In this document: positions 1-14,065 of the stretch, in pieces
Position numbering within the stretch: the first letter of the stretch is position 1
How the letters are laid out: every line of letters starts with the position of its first letter
Assembly (NCBI GenBank): GCA_051294905.1
Contig: CM119371.1
Coordinates: 620,001-684,000, forward strand
Direction of reading: 5' to 3'
DNA length: 64,000 nt
DNA from: Botryllus schlosseri
Lineage: Eukaryota
Notes under the pieces: model-generated
Told to the model about the DNA's origin: nothing
Databases searched by the model: none
Seen by the model: the letters and a program-made list of their open reading frames with translations, nothing else
Program-made: the position numbers and the translations under genes

Positions 1-527
1 TATTCTCGCTGAGCAGTTTCTGAAGTTCACAAAATTGAAGGTTTTGTTTCAACATCGGTCGCAGAACTGCATTTGCTTTCCACCTTGACATGTAGTTTTT
101 GAACCCATAGCTGACGAATGTCACAATAGGGCATACAATATCCAGAATCCTCAAAGTAGTTGTTGCAGCAGTTTTCTGTAGATAAATATAAGACAAATCC
201 ATCTTTGCATACTTTGTTGCATGACTGATTTTCATGCTACCACAGTAGTTGTATGATACCCTTTCAATCAGCACTATATACAGCGGTGCTTGTGTGCTAT
301 GGCACAATCTTTAGCTACCATGAGTCTTCCGGCAGTTCATGATCATAACGGAATATATCCCGATGACGTTCAACAATGTAATAACTCCATTTTGTGAGAA
401 GGTATTCCCAGTGTAGACTTGGACTTTGCGTCAGCTTGCATGTCGAGTTGACAGCTACCGTACCCACACACTTGTAGCCCGACCAATCAAATAAGAATAT
501 GCATACAAACATATACAAGTAACTTCC
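1..527 (-). pseudogene. Probable decayed exons of an extracellular Cys-rich (sushi/EGF-like) protein
   Basis: Segments preceded by AG acceptors translate to ENCCNNYFEDSGYCMPYC (~1-175) and to ...YSYLIGRATSV... / STCKLTQSPSL (~265-527). The latter resemble the sushi core and the inter-domain linker. Stops and frameshifts are present. Confidence 0.35.
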
Positions 528-1149
528 TGCAGTCAGAAAATTATATAGAAAGTTATATAAAAAGATATGTACACAGATAAAATGTATGATAATTATTATA
601 ACGGTGCCTCGACTATACAGTAGCCTACCGTCCTCTTTGAAATCATTCAAGATACATGCAGATTACAATCCATACCTTACTAAGGTAAACTAATAACATA
701 TAACAAGGCTATGAAATCCAGAATTTCTATATACAGTTACAACGAAACCCAAACCCATTCAACTCCTGCTTAAACTTCCCTTCCTTCAGCAGTTATCTTT
801 TCTCCAATATGATTGACGGAATCAATCATCTAGAACCACTGAGCCATATAAACAAAAGCGGTTAGTTTTTTTTCAACCAATGGTCTGTTCATGTAAATTT
901 GCTTTCAGTTTAAGAATTGTGAAAAAAACTTCGGCGTTATTATGGTGCTTTTCTATATGATTTAAACGAGAGACCATGTAAACAGCTTAAAAGTCAACAC
1001 CAAGGAGTGGTGATCAGTGCGTTAGGGATGCGTCATTTCTCTTGAGTGGGGCTCCATCAACTGTTCGAAATGTACTCCGTACCGTACAGTTTACTTTGTA
1101 TTATTTGAAGACCTCGAATATTGTCAAACTGCTCGTGCTGTCTGTGTTT

Positions 1150-1700
1150 CGTTTCTCCGTAATAATGGATCAATGAGGAAAGTCGACGTCTTGAGAGATA
1201 GCAAAGCAAGAGTGAAGTATGGAGAGATTGCATCCTGATTTATGGGACACTGCCTCTGCAATAATTGCTATGTTCAAGTGAAACATAACTTTTCAAGTGG
1301 TCCAATTCACCTTACAAATCATATCCGAAAGGCCAAGGATACAGCACAGTTGGAGATAAGTTTCTTCTCTTCCAATATACAAGTCGCCAAGACAACTACT
1401 GACCTGCTATTGGTCACTGGAGAGGAGATTTGGACAGCTATTGAGCGACATTCAGGATGGGGCTATTATTGACATTTTGTGTGACTCGACTATAAGCGTC
1501 GTGCTCAAAACTTTGAACTGATTGACCAAAGGTATTATAAGCATCAGCAAGTTTCTACTGAACAGGCCTTCACACATTGCAGCATTTGTGGGTACATGCG
1601 GATTATCTGCATCCAATATTGACCATCTGAGATTGTAAAATTCCATGGTTACAACTTGCTACTATCACTTCTTGATATTGGGTAATATGGTTAAATGCCT
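1150..1700 (+). pseudogene. Degenerate hAT transposase fragment (BED zinc-finger-like start)
   Basis: ORF 1242-1472 reads CLCNNC..VKH...SGPIHLTNH, a BED-like C2H2 pattern. Broken downstream frames resemble hobo/Hermes-type N-terminal sequence. Confidence 0.35.
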
Positions 1701-2173
1701 TATTGCTATATATGGCCATAGCCTAATAATCTGTCATTTTTAGTTTTCTTTTGATCCGAGATACCACTTTCATTTGCACACTTACTTTAAATTAGTAGCG
1801 TTGTTTCTTCGCGTTAACGTTCCTATAATTAAAAAATTCCAATTTTTGTTCTGTTTGTTTTTGTTCATTCCATAGATACAATTTGTGATCTTTTAGTGCA
1901 AAACCATATAAGCTCAGCTGTACAATTGATATTCTGCGATATCATTATTTGATAAGGATTTTTCGGATTCTTGTATGAGATTTTCGGATAATGTCGGATA
2001 GTTGGATGAGATTCTTCGGAGTCGGACGGATAGTTCCGCAGACACAAAAACTGTCGGACGGATTCGGATTCTCAAAAATCAACATCCGCTCATCACTGGT
2101 GTGCATACGCCGCTGGACATTAGAGGTAAAGCAATAGGCTTTCAATACCTTCTAACTTTGCACTGATTCACTG

Positions 2174-3455
2174 CCGAGGTGGTTAGTAACGAAGTACTTC
2201 TACTTTTTGGAAGTACTCAAGTAGTTTTCCTCTACTTCTTGTACTTACTCAAGTGGATTTAATTTTCTCTACTCCTACTTCTACTTCGTGATATTTGGTG
2301 ATCTACTTACTTACTTTTCGCTATTTTCAGTTTGTCAAGTAGAAGTAGTTTCACCCCCCCAATCCGAAATGTAGCCTGAGGAATTTCGGGGCTGCTTTCA
2401 CGAAGTACCAATATTTATTATTCATAAAAGTCAAGTAAAGCCAAGAATTTTTGTTTCGCATCGCGCACAGTAGTTATGTAGAGACAAATATGTTTTCACG
2501 AAAGTATCAGTGAATATAATTTGAGTACCGGATTGCTTGGTTCCGCTCACACCGCATTGTCGCGCATATCAAATATTTCATCACAGTAAATATGGCCCAC
2601 CACATTCCATTTGACACTATACCCTTTTGCAATCTAGCAATTACCTATCATATCGTAATCTAGCTGTAGCAGCCCATTACGTGCCTTGCTAATCTGGAAA
2701 ATCCAGTCCTTTGAAACTTTACACCTGTTTTAGCAGATCACCCTCGAAGCTTTATGGACGAATAAAGACGTGAAATATATTTTCCGCTTTTTAGAAGTGT
2801 TATTTGTATTTCACTTTCAATTGCGAATATCATCTTTGAGTTATAATTACTTTCAGTTCTTATGTCTGCAGAACATACATGTGGAAGCATAAAGCAAATG
2901 TAGTAACGCCTCTATTTTCCGACACCAAACATAACTTTTACAATCCACAATATTTTTATTAACGTATACTAATCGCGCAAAGTGATGAAACCGTGTCCGA
3001 TACAACTTCTACGTATTGCTCTTCGCCTAAAGTTGGGGCCTTATAATATGGGGCAGGGCGCCATGCAATGATATTCTCTAAAACGGCGTCCTCTAGTAAA
3101 CAATGGGTTAGTATCGCATTTTCATATCAATACTATAATTGGCATCCCATGATACGAAAGAATGCTTATTCTGTCGGAAATTGATACCTCCTGGGATTCG
3201 TCAATACAAATCAAGCTCTTCGCACCTTCTGCATAACTCAATTTGCAGCTTTTGACAGTCCATGCGAACGAATTAAGACTGTTTTCAAAACTACTTGCTT
3301 ACTTGAGTAGATTTAAAGTCAGTCAATGCTACTTCTACTTCAAGTAGTTTTCGGTGCCTTGTTGAAAAAGTACTTCTACTTGTACTTGATTAGATTTTTT
3401 CGTCGCTACTTCTACTTCTACTTGAGTAGCTTTCTTGACTACTTTGACCACCTCT
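2174..3455. mobile_element. Non-autonomous hAT-type element with CTACTT/AGTAG subterminal repeats
   Basis: Ends GAGGTGGT...ACCACCTC flanked by duplicated TTCACTG. The paralogous site at ~38955 has a single TTCACTG (empty site). Confidence 0.75.
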
Positions 3456-4643
3456 TCACTGTGCCATCCCTGAATGTTTAATGCCAAGCGGCAACCAACG
3501 CATATCAGTTTTACTAAACAGTTCTTATGTCTGACACGGTCGGGGATTGAGACACGACATAGCTGGCAAGCACCTGGCCGCGCCATCATTATGCTATCTT
3601 GTCTGTTAGGAGTTCACGGACCTTTAATTACCTCGAGCCGATGCATCACGGCAGTTCTTTTTAACAATGAGTCAGAAATTCCAACGTTACATATGGTAAT
3701 ATCCAACGATCATAATAATGTTTATTCCAATTACCCCTGACGAGTGTCAGCCTAACATATTCGAGTTCATTTCAATACACCGTATTCAATCGGTCAACGT
3801 TCCTGTTTACTACCATCAAAAGTCAGAACGTGCCACTCAATGTTTGCTTAATTCTGATTAAAATCATTGCCTCGGTCATAAATTACGCCATAAACTGATA
3901 TCACCGAATGCGACATCTAAAGCTTTTTATTGCTGATTGCCGTGTACTGTACACATTATGAGCAAGACGCTGCTCAACTAAAGTAAACATTGTTTGTGAG
4001 TGCTGTTGGACGAAACAGATATCAAACTGCATGCCATTGAACTAGATTGATATATATAGCTACTAGGGATGATGTAACCGCGAGGCTAACGCTCGCGATC
4101 TGTGTGTGAACCTGAGAAATTTAGAGGTTCACGTTCACAAACGAACCTTGGTAGGTTCTGCACTGTGAAACTTTTGAATATATTACAATTTTTAACATCA
4201 TTATAACATCTTTGGTAAAAATTCTTTGCATTACAATTTCGGGCCACTCTATGCGTGGCAATGGCACTGTCAGCATAACAAAAATCCACACTAAACTAGC
4301 ATGCACCTTGTCAATCTCAAAAATTTAATTTGCTTTGTTACAAAAGTTTGCTTGCAATATTCATATTTTCGTTTGTGAATATTTATTATCTCTCTGCAGT
4401 GAGCTTGGTCAGCAATCACACGACACATAGAGCGAAATCCGCTTCATGTAGGTAGTCAGCGAAGGATGCTTATTCAACCAATCAATGAAATTGATAGAAA
4501 GATAACATCATTGTCTGACGTAAAAATTCTAGCAGGCGTACGGAACCCATCTTGATTTGATATGTTTATTGTATCATAAAAACAAATCCGTGCGACTAGG
4601 GTGTTGTCTACTTAGTAATTTGTTAATGAGGTAATATCGGTAG

Positions 4644-5857
4644 CGGAGTTGGATCAATTGTAATTTGTAATCAAGCTGAATATAATTTTTTACATCATAT
4701 CAAGTAATTGTAATTGTAATTGAAGCATTTCTATTTTGTGTAATTGTAATTTATTGAAATTTTGCCGAATTACAATCTCAATTACATTGACAATCACAAC
4801 ATATAATAATTAGCCTATTTTTATCGATGTTCTATACGTGCCTCGTTAACTGGATAATTCAGCCATGCTAAACTGTTTGCCATACTTCATTGGCAACAGA
4901 AAACGTAGCGAATTACAATATAGGCTAAACCAGTGGTTCTCAAACTGGCGGCCGTGCCCCCTTGTTACGCGTGAAAGTATCTGATAGGAGGCGAGAAGCT
5001 CCGATAAATTGAAAAATTTCACCGCGCTTGCTGCGATTTACCTTCATTTCATAGTTATTGCTCTGTATATAGTACGAATTTCATATTGGAGAAGTCTCTC
5101 ATCAACAGTCATAACCTTCCATACCATCAAACTATCTGTAAGGATTTCCAACATTCTAGTTTCATTATGTGATATGACGATAAGGGAGGCACAAAATATT
5201 TCACTGTCATAAAAAAAAAGCTAAAAAAAAGTTTGAAAACAAGTGGGCTAAACTAAATCCTAATGTTTCAAAAATGGATAAACAGCAAATAAACTCTTGT
5301 GAAACCCGTGACGAACCATTTCCTACACCACGGTCATAGTTTTTCGTTTAAATCTCTGACCAGTACTGAGTCTTGTTGCAACAATTGCAAAAAGAAATTC
5401 CAGTTTTCAACCAAGGCTTCATCAAACTTGATCACGCATTTTTTAGAGATGTTATGCCAATCTTGACCAAATTTACTGGGGCCCGAAACTTTCCGCACCC
5501 CAATGTTCATCAAATACAATCTAACAGTTTTTGAGCAAGTGAAAATGTAAATGCGAACCAAAATTTTGTAATTCGTAGTTAATATCAGGAGCTTCTTTCC
5601 TTTTGCATTTAATTTATTTTAAACACTTTATCATTATCATCGTTATAGCTGACGACTTACCAATTACATTTAATTTGCCTTACTCAGCTTTGTGTATTGG
5701 TTTGACTATATTTCACTGCCGGTCTTATAATTGTAATTATAATTGTAATTGTCATTAATAACATGTTTAACAGTAATTGTAATTTGATATTTTTAGCATT
5801 GAGTAATTGTAATTGTAGGACTAATTGAGCTGAATTAATGTAATTGATCTAACTCTG
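4644..5857. mobile_element. hAT-type MITE with (TAATTG)n subterminal repeats
   Basis: TIRs CGGAGTTGGATCAATT / AATTGATCTAACTCTG; perfect 8-bp TSD ATCGGTAG (4636-4643, 5858-5865); empty site at ~41005. Confidence 0.9.
4931..5245. mobile_element. hAT-type MITE nested in 4644-5857
   Basis: Ends CAGTGGTTCTCAAAC / GTTTGAAAACAAGTG; 8-bp TSD GGCTAAAC (4923-4930, 5246-5253). Confidence 0.85.
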
Positions 5858-7429
5858 ATCGGTAGTAAGTATTACATCAACCCGTTTCACACTCCTCTCA
5901 ATATCAATGTAGTAATAGTGAGGCGCAGAATACATAGTCCGATCTGGCCTCGACCCTCAAGGCGTAAGCTTATATTCCCTTGCAAGTCCTTGTCGAAATT
6001 GTTGGCAAAGCAACGGAATATATTGATTTTATTGGATTATTATATCATTTGATTGCTTCGGTTCATACATTTGATGACGTTTAAAAAGTGTCGCCTGAGT
6101 CGTCGCTAGGTATGATGTACATTAATATATATCACTTCACTGAAATTGAGGGTTGGAATTAGCAATATAACGACGTCAAGTGAAATAAATTTCAGCTTCT
6201 TAAAATGCTTTACGTTTTGTTCTCCCGAAATCTCAAATCCGATCGCGGGTCGCAAAATATGACACCGAGGGCCGCATGCCACGTGTTGGTGACCCCTGCC
6301 ATATATCTCGAGTAATGGACCGACCAATGTATAGATATCATTGGTCGACATAATAAAAAAAGTCATAAATGAAGTGAAATCCACAATGCGAATGCTCAGG
6401 TGGGTCATTCGGTCCAATGGCGCTGAAAAAATTGACCTTTTTAAGGGTCAACACTAGAAAAGTACACCGGATGACTATGGCATAAAGTGGACAATCCGGG
6501 AGTCGAGCCGGAAATAATAACCTTTATTGTTATCCAACACAATAAAATTTTAGAAGCAGCAGTTTTCTAGTCCGACAATCTAATTTTTTTTTGGTTTTAA
6601 AAAAGTAATAGGTGTCCTCCTTTCCGGATCCCAAAATAAGGGAAGTCCACTGTTGATGGGGGAGGGGATTTTTCTGCGTTGGGGTGTCAAACCAGGTATG
6701 ACTGCTGAAATATGTTGTTTCAATTTATTCTGATCGCTATTCTTTAGAGATCACGCGATAGCTGAAAGCGATTCTGGAAGTCACGTCCTGACTCCACTGG
6801 ACCATGCAATGGTTTGAACACGGCTATCAAGGACCGTTTATTCCAGAGGTGGGCATAGTAGTCATTGTTGGTACTGAATAAGTAAAAGTAATGTCCTAAC
6901 AGTTCAGCTTAATGCGAGTTTAAATTTCCAAGTATTCTAGTATTATTTTGGTTGAAAAGCAACACGTACCTGGGTGTACTTTGTTACTGACCTACTCTGC
7001 GATGGTAGACATACCTAGGTCTTACTTTCTACTCCAATGGTTTTCAAGCGTGACCTATTCATCTTGTTAAATTACCATATTTTTCAAGCCCATTCATGAC
7101 CAACTATTATCTATTTTTCAGCCCTTATGCGCATCCTATCTACGTTCATTTCTAGTCCTGAAAGAAACAAGTGTGCATCGACCGAGGCTGCTGTGATTTC
7201 GATTGAAGCTGTTCTACTGACAATGATCCTACCTGCTACTGACTAAAATACACCGCGTCAACTTGCAAACTGTGTTTATTCATCCATACGGGGACAGGAG
7301 GCAGTGTAAGTATAAGACGACTAAACTACGGAAATATCGTAATCAAGTGATTACACAGTTAGTTATAAAGCAACCAGACGCGACTAGCAATATGTGGTAG
7401 CTTCGTAAACAGATATGACAGGTTTGCAG

Positions 7430-8560
7430 TTTTTGTGACTAGACTCTACTCGCGTCAATTTGTGAAATATGGTGTATAACCTGACTCGATTTGCGGCAAT
7501 TTGTGTATTGACTCGACCTGTACTCGAGTCAATGAGACTGACTCGACCAAGCCATAAAACTCGAGACTCGGATGGCCAAGACGGGCATTTAATTGTAACT
7601 TCGAAGAATAGTAAGCTACCACCATATAATACTTAAATATCAACCAAACAAAGTTGTAAAAACGCGAGTTAAGCAGGATTGAACCGAATAATGAGGTGCA
7701 AACACAATGAATTGGACTCAGACTCAATTATCAACACTGTGACTCGGCTTAAGCCTTTGAACTCTGACTATGACTCGGTGGTGAATTGAAAATGACTCGA
7801 CTCGTATCGAGTCAAAAATATGAAAGTAGAACTAACTTGTGACTAAGGACCTTGTGACTTGGTGAGAAGCATGAGACACAGCTTACGACCCAAGTGCAAA
7901 AATTAATAAAAGCGGCCTTGAACGAAAGGTACTGCTGATTTCGAAAATATAAATTATAATCTGGTCTGGACGCTGTAACGCACCCCAAAATTACCATGAA
8001 ATTAATAAAACTCGACATGGTTTGGCTGCGACAAAATGATCACATTAATGACCTGATATGGCTTTCATATTGTTCGCTACAAAACCCGAATTCAAGGTTT
8101 GCAATCAAGTCACGAGGTTCCGGGTCCCAATTCGATCTTACTTTTACAGTTTTACCTCGAGTAAGTCAAGTGAGTCATTTTCAATTCATCATCGCCTCAA
8201 GTTTGAGTATTGGTGCAGAGGGTCGAGTCCATGTCCCAGTCACTGTGTTCACAGTTCAGTCTAAAGTCCACGGCATGATCAAACCAATCTTTTACAACTA
8301 TGCTTGGGTGATATTTAATAACCAGTGTTCATAATATCCTGATTTTCATTATTCTTAACAATTTTTGACCCTAATTTTATTTACGAGTACTGATGGACGA
8401 AATTCCAATAATACCGAACTTTACTTTTTCTAAGTTAAAACGAAACTCCGTTTCGGCTGCTTGAGTTTTGAGTCATGTGACTTGGTCGAGTCAAGCGAAA
8501 TGACTCGACTCATATTCAGCATGTAAGAAATTGACTCTGGTCAAGTCGAGTCACCCACAC
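7430..8560. repeat. Decayed MITE copies rich in TGACTCGAGTCA/TGACTTGAC motifs
   Basis: Dense GACTCGA(G/C) palindromic motifs. Related segments occur at 43640-44720 and 60500-61000, and similar motifs occur in the elements at 11660 and 39941. Confidence 0.6.
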
Positions 8561-8869
8561 TCGAGGTATTTGTAGCTTCATATGATTTCCAATTGTGCCG
8601 CCACGTGACGTGCATGTATCAGTAGGTTGTGTGTAGCGTTGGGAGAAAAGGACAACTCCCAAACCAGTCGCACTTGGGACCATTTTGCGGGTACGTTTTC
8701 CACTCGTACCACAATTTTGCTGTTTTCGGTTTCGTATGATTCTTCATCGTTGGCTGTCATACGGACTTTGCCTTGAAACGGAAGTATAGTCGCATCTGAG
8801 GAATAGGTAGGTCGAATGTTTTTTCCCAATCTGCAATCCAGAGTTCTGTAACGTTCTCTGTCTTTTCAT

Positions 8870-9021
8870 ATGAGCGACTGAATATTCCGAGACTTTCTCT
8901 TGAAACTTGGCGATTTGGGTTTGATTTAACATTGTTTCATTCGACGAGTCAATTTCCTGCTCTTAGCTTCTGCTTTGAGAGAAATTTTGCTTTACGCTGT
9001 CCTTTGATTTCGAGAGCTTCC
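8870..9021 (-). pseudogene. RBM28: RBM28-like exon remnant following RRM4 (paralog ~44790-44942)
   Basis: Acceptor ttttag|G then EALEIKGQRKAKFLSKQKLR. The phase completes the Arg codon (AG|G) left by the ...LENR exon. The 3' boundary is uncertain. Confidence 0.5.
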
Positions 9022-10926
9022 CTAAAATGTAGAAATCGGTTGACTTGAGCGGGAAAAATAGCCCTCGTATCACAGTAACTTGATCTATTTTCTAAAATAG
9101 CACTAACTGTTGCGCTAGGCACAATGACCAGAGGACTCGCATCTGAAATCAGAATTAACCCTACCAATTTGAGTCAACTAGAGAAATTATTTGTCTCCTT
9201 ACCAATACGACTGTGCAGAATCAAGTATTACATATTAGGCTTCACACGCAGTGGATATTCGAGTATCACTCATTATGACGAAATCCCAGTATGTAAGATG
9301 TCAAAGTTCATATAGATACCTTTTACGCTACTACAAAGAATATAAGAATATATTGAAAAGAATATAATGTCTGTACTTTGATATTTAATCCACAATACCT
9401 AGCTCATTGCACTTTGTGACAATACTGTGGGTCGATCATGACTTAAGAAATATGTTAATCAAAATAACATTCATAGCTTTTTACTACATGTTCTGTAGGC
9501 TCCGATACGGCCAGTCGAGGTTTCAATGCTCCCACAGTTGAAAATACCGTCAAAACTATAATTCTCATTGTTCAATTACATTTCATAGGCAAGGAGCGAA
9601 AAAATATCAGGACTCCGAAAATTTCACTTCCCGACTCAAATCATTATATATATTATTCGAAGCAGATTCGAGTATTCGTATCATCGTGACCAGCCCTACT
9701 AACCAATATGTGTTCATTGTTCATTTATTAACTAAACTTATCATTTCGATCGTATTTCCACTGTGGAAGCCTTTCTGGAAGCCCCTGGAAGAAAACTTTC
9801 TTGGTAATATAACAGCATACAAAAGCTGTTGTACAAAACTACGTTAGCCGGAAGGAGATATCTGTAAACCCGCAGCATTTGCAATGAAATAGGCATGGTC
9901 GACAAAATACCATATCATTCTTAATATGACGTAGAACAGGCATTACATTCTTTGTGGTTGCATGAAAGGTACATATTTGCACTTTCCACATTTCCCACAC
10001 CCCTACGATGTCAGATGTAGTGGTACTTCACCAAACGCCTAATATTCGATTCATGGTCAAATCACTCAGCCACTCGATTTTCACAACCCTGCCAATGAAT
10101 ACTACAAGGAGATTGTCAGTAGCCATCAACTCTCACAAAACATCATGTTTCAATAATGAGTGTCAGTATCTCAAAATCTATTCGGGTGGCCAACCTGTTC
10201 TAAATCTTATTAAGAGCGTTTTCTTTCACATATTATTTCAGGCTTCACCGAGTATAATATGATTGGCTGGTATGCAGACTTGTACAAGCTACCGATCTAG
10301 TTAGTTGACGGTCAACTTGCGTCATCGTTTGACGTGAATCGTGATCCCGCGCTTTATTGTGTGATGTTCTTGCAGACATTTCTAGCTCAGACTCATCACT
10401 GCAGAGACTGGCGTGGCCAGGCTGTTAGGAGTTTACAGCTTCCCCATTTCAACTAGGACAAACTACTTCGTAAGCACAGACAGTTCCAAACAGAAGTGAA
10501 GATAGGTAGTGCAATTCTAACGTTATTTGGGAAAACACCTAGTTTGCATATGATAGGTCAAATTTGTTCAAAATTAGGATTTTGAAGGTCAAAAAATGTT
10601 AGTTTTGATTTTTTAGGTCACAATGTTTGGTTTTTTAGGTAAAAGAATCAACCTAGTCAAAACCATCCATGTCATCAAACTCTCCGTTGGGACTGCCAGC
10701 ATTCTGATTGCATTTGTGACATGACGATAATGGGGGCGCGAAATTTTTCACTATCAAAAAGGGGGCGTGTCAAAGAAAATTTGAGAAACACTGTTATAAA
10801 TCTAATTGAAGTTGCAAGTTTTGCAAAGAGAGTACGGATTTCTGAAATCTAGTAGTTTGTTGAAGTCTGGGTACAGCACCTGAATAGTGGTTTAAAAGTA
10901 CCGTAAGCATGAACAAGTCTACCAAC

Positions 10927-11039
10927 GTTTTCCTTACCAATCAGCGAGTCGATACAATTTGCCACTTTGTCGGAAGTGAGGTCTTGAATTAGACGAGACC
11001 ACATCCCTTGGTCATGCCAATGGTGGAATTGATGGCGAT
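10927..11039 (-). pseudogene. RBM28: RBM28-like RRM3 exon (RNP1), decayed
   Basis: ttcag|IAINSTIGMTKGCGLV*FKT.../KVANCIDSLIGKEN|gt; resembles RBM28 RRM3 ...HSKGCAFAQF...AAQKC. Confidence 0.7.
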
Positions 11040-11275
11040 CTGAATATAAGATGTCAAGAATGTGACAGCAACGTATTGAAATATATGAATATGTGCAGGA
11101 AAATAATGTACTTGCATCTGAGATCTGATGAGCATACGTACAACACACTTGATATCAAAAAGGAAGAAATTAGTTTCTCATTAAATTCAAGGTTTTGATA
11201 TTTGCCTTCGACTTCCACACACTTGCCACAAACACATTTTGAATTCATTTTCATGTTTGGATGACGGATATAGAG

Positions 11276-12955
11276 CAGTGGTCGGCAACCTCTGGATCAT
11301 GATCCCAAGTGGGGTCGCCTTAACTGTTCCTGGCCTCGCCATGACTCAACATATCTATTACTGTTTCAATTCAACAGTGAAAATCTACCAATAGTTTCAT
11401 GTTCTTGTTCTATGTTCAGTTTAGTTACAGTAAGTAGGCGTGCAGTACTGGCGTTCAATGGACGATGTTCAGCCAGATTGCTTTCTGTCTGAAGCTAGCT
11501 TAAAATTGCTGTCACCTTATCATATTTGTCAGTTGGTCAAATTGATACTGAGATGCCAACCATTAAGTATTGAGGCAAAGCTATCCATAGCGGCAAGTTT
11601 CCACCTCTGATATACAAGCGTGTTTGTGAAAGCACAGCCTGTCGTAGTGGTCTGGCGGACCGTGTTGAAATGACTCGGGTTATGTCTTGAGTTGAGTCAG
11701 ACTCGAGTCACCTTTTTTCGTATGACTTGATTTGACTCGAGTGACTTTGCAAAAATGACTTGACTTGACTCGGCGTTTCACAAATGTGGATTAACTGGAA
11801 GCAAAATTTACGAGTCAATTTCAAGTCATCAAGAAATCGGTTTTGCTAATAATCGCTGTATACGTTATTATTTGTTCGGATTGCTCTCGATACGTTGTTG
11901 TGACTGGTGAGAGCGACAAATCATTCATTCAATCATTTTGCGTTTTACTGAACGACCATTATTCTATAGCAAATATATTGACCGCTTACAGTGTGCGTTG
12001 TCGCAGTAGCAAAGTAATATAATAACAACAATGTCAATGATTGGTCAAAGATTGGTCAATGGTCATTGGTGCTAGGTGATAACCTTAACCAAATCTCTTA
12101 TTTGATCTAGCATTCAGAATTGAATTCGAATATACTTAACAAGTTTATATTACTAGTCAAGCATTGGCGTGAGCCTAATTTATATCTCATGGATAAGTAG
12201 TTAGGTAATGCTTCATATCAATTCGTTTCTGCTATCTAAGGTTTTCGGTTCACTATTTTGGCGGATAAATTAATGACTGCGGGTATACAACAGTTACTTC
12301 GTTTGACAGTACTATGCATTTGGGTGCTATACAACGCATTTTTCCATGTATATTCATCTCTATATTCATCCCTCGGTTTAAAATAAATGACGACTCAATC
12401 TGAATTTCGAACAGCTAGTAAAATGCAATGTGATGCCTTGTACTTCGAAAAGACAACTTGACTTGAATTGTGACTTGACTTGACTCGAGCCAAAATGCAC
12501 AATGAATCAAGATGGCTTGCGACTCGAAGGTAGTGACTTGATCCAAACACTGCTGGCTGAAGAGAGAGACATGGGATATTTTTCATTATTTTCCCATGTC
12601 TCAGCAACTACATGATACTGCAATAGAGTTGTGCTACACACAGATGGATAGCTTCGCGCAGCATAGAGGCAACTGGAATGGAACATGGCGGTATTTAAAA
12701 ATCATTTATTTGCAGATCCATTATGGTAGTTTTCTGAAGAAAATGGCTACAACCAAAATTTTTTCCACAATTTTATCTTTGTGCGCAGCGCAGTGACCAT
12801 TGAAAACAATCATTTTGGAATATTTTTGTACCACAACATTTCTCAATAACCGTTAAACGTTTTTCCCTATCAAAAAACAAAATGAGATAGCACGTAAATG
12901 CTGGTTTTATTTTCGTTTCAATTGGGGTCACCCATTATGAAGTTGCCGACCGGTG
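11276..12955. mobile_element. hAT-type MITE containing a nested TGACT-repeat MITE (11660-12552)
   Basis: Outer ends CAGTGGTCGGCAAC / GTTGCCGACCGGTG with degenerate TSD ATATAGAG/GTCTAGAG; empty-site paralog at ~18697. Inner TSD CTGGCGGA/CTGGCTGA. Confidence 0.75.
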
Positions 12956-13020
12956 GTCTAGAGTAGGTCAGCCCGCACAACACTGACAATTGTTTTGGCC
13001 GAATATTGGACCGCACATAC

Positions 13021-13165
13021 CTGGTCGTACGAGTCCGTCCCTGCCGAGATACAAATTCCTCTTGCCATCCTTCTCCTTCTTTTGCTTCTTCTGTTGATTT
13101 ATCATCCTTTCACGTCTGTCCACAGCTTAATTAACTCCAATCTCATTCCCGTCCAGGTTGTTGCC
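13021..13165 (-). pseudogene. RBM28: RBM28-like exon (RRM3 end and linker)
   Basis: ttgcag|GNNLDGNEIGVN*AVDRRERMINQQKKQKKEKDGKRNLYLGRDGLVRP(G)|gt; matches RBM28 LDGR..V.LAV...RNLYLAREGLIRAG. One in-frame stop. Confidence 0.85.
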
Positions 13166-13935
13166 CTGCAATGGTAGTCACATAGTCGCAAATATGTTTA
13201 CAGACAGACTTGTACAATAGAGGGGAATTTTTTGCAAATTTCATCGGCTTTATTGTCAAATCGTCAAGTTACCTTAAAAACCTTGCACAACAAATTTGAC
13301 TCCATTCCAACCAGTCGATGCCGCGGTCAGTCAAATTGGTCATTTTTTAATAGTAGTATTTACGGTGACCAATTTCGTCATACCGACATGACCCAAAATC
13401 ATATTCCAGGTATGCCTGACGAGGAAGGAATGTCTTTTCTACTTGTTTTGATCTTGGCAAGGGCCTATGGCGGAGTTTGGATGAAGACGTCGCCAGTAAA
13501 CGAAAAAAGGTATGACATGGATTAGCTGGAAATTAGTCCACGTCACTGAAATAGACACGTTAAAAATCATTTCATGGTCGAGTCACTCAGGTACTTGATT
13601 TTGACAACCCTATTCATGAGTAGTACAAGGAGAATGTCCATGGTCATCAACTCTCACAAAACATCATGTTTCAATCATGAGTGGCAGCATCTCTAAATTT
13701 ATTCGGGTGGCCAACAAGTTACAAATCCCATTGGGAGTGTATTTCTTCAAATACTTTTTCAGGCCCAGCCGAGTATAATATTATTTACTGGTATGCAGAC
13801 TTGTGTAAGCTACCAATCTGGATAGTTGAAGGTCAACTAAAACCTGGTTTTTGATTAGTTCAAGTTGTGGATTTTAAGTAGTTTTAGTTACAGTAGCGCA
13901 TTAAAAAAATAGTTGCCAATAACTGGAAAACTCAC

Positions 13936-14065
13936 GTCATCGTTTCGCGTGAATCGTGATACCGTCTTTGTGTTGTGTGATGTTATTGCAGCCATTTTTA
14001 GCTCAGAGTCATCACTAAAGAGACTACTGGTGGGGTATTAGGGTTTGAAAGCCTTCCCATTTTAA
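13936..14065 (-). pseudogene. RBM28: Probable RBM28-like C-terminal exon (other copies ~10321-10433, ~46183-46317, 55412-55541)
   Basis: AG/GT-bounded; starts LKWEGFQT, like RBM28 WTGFQT, followed in another frame by ..ITSH..; frameshifted. Confidence 0.4.
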
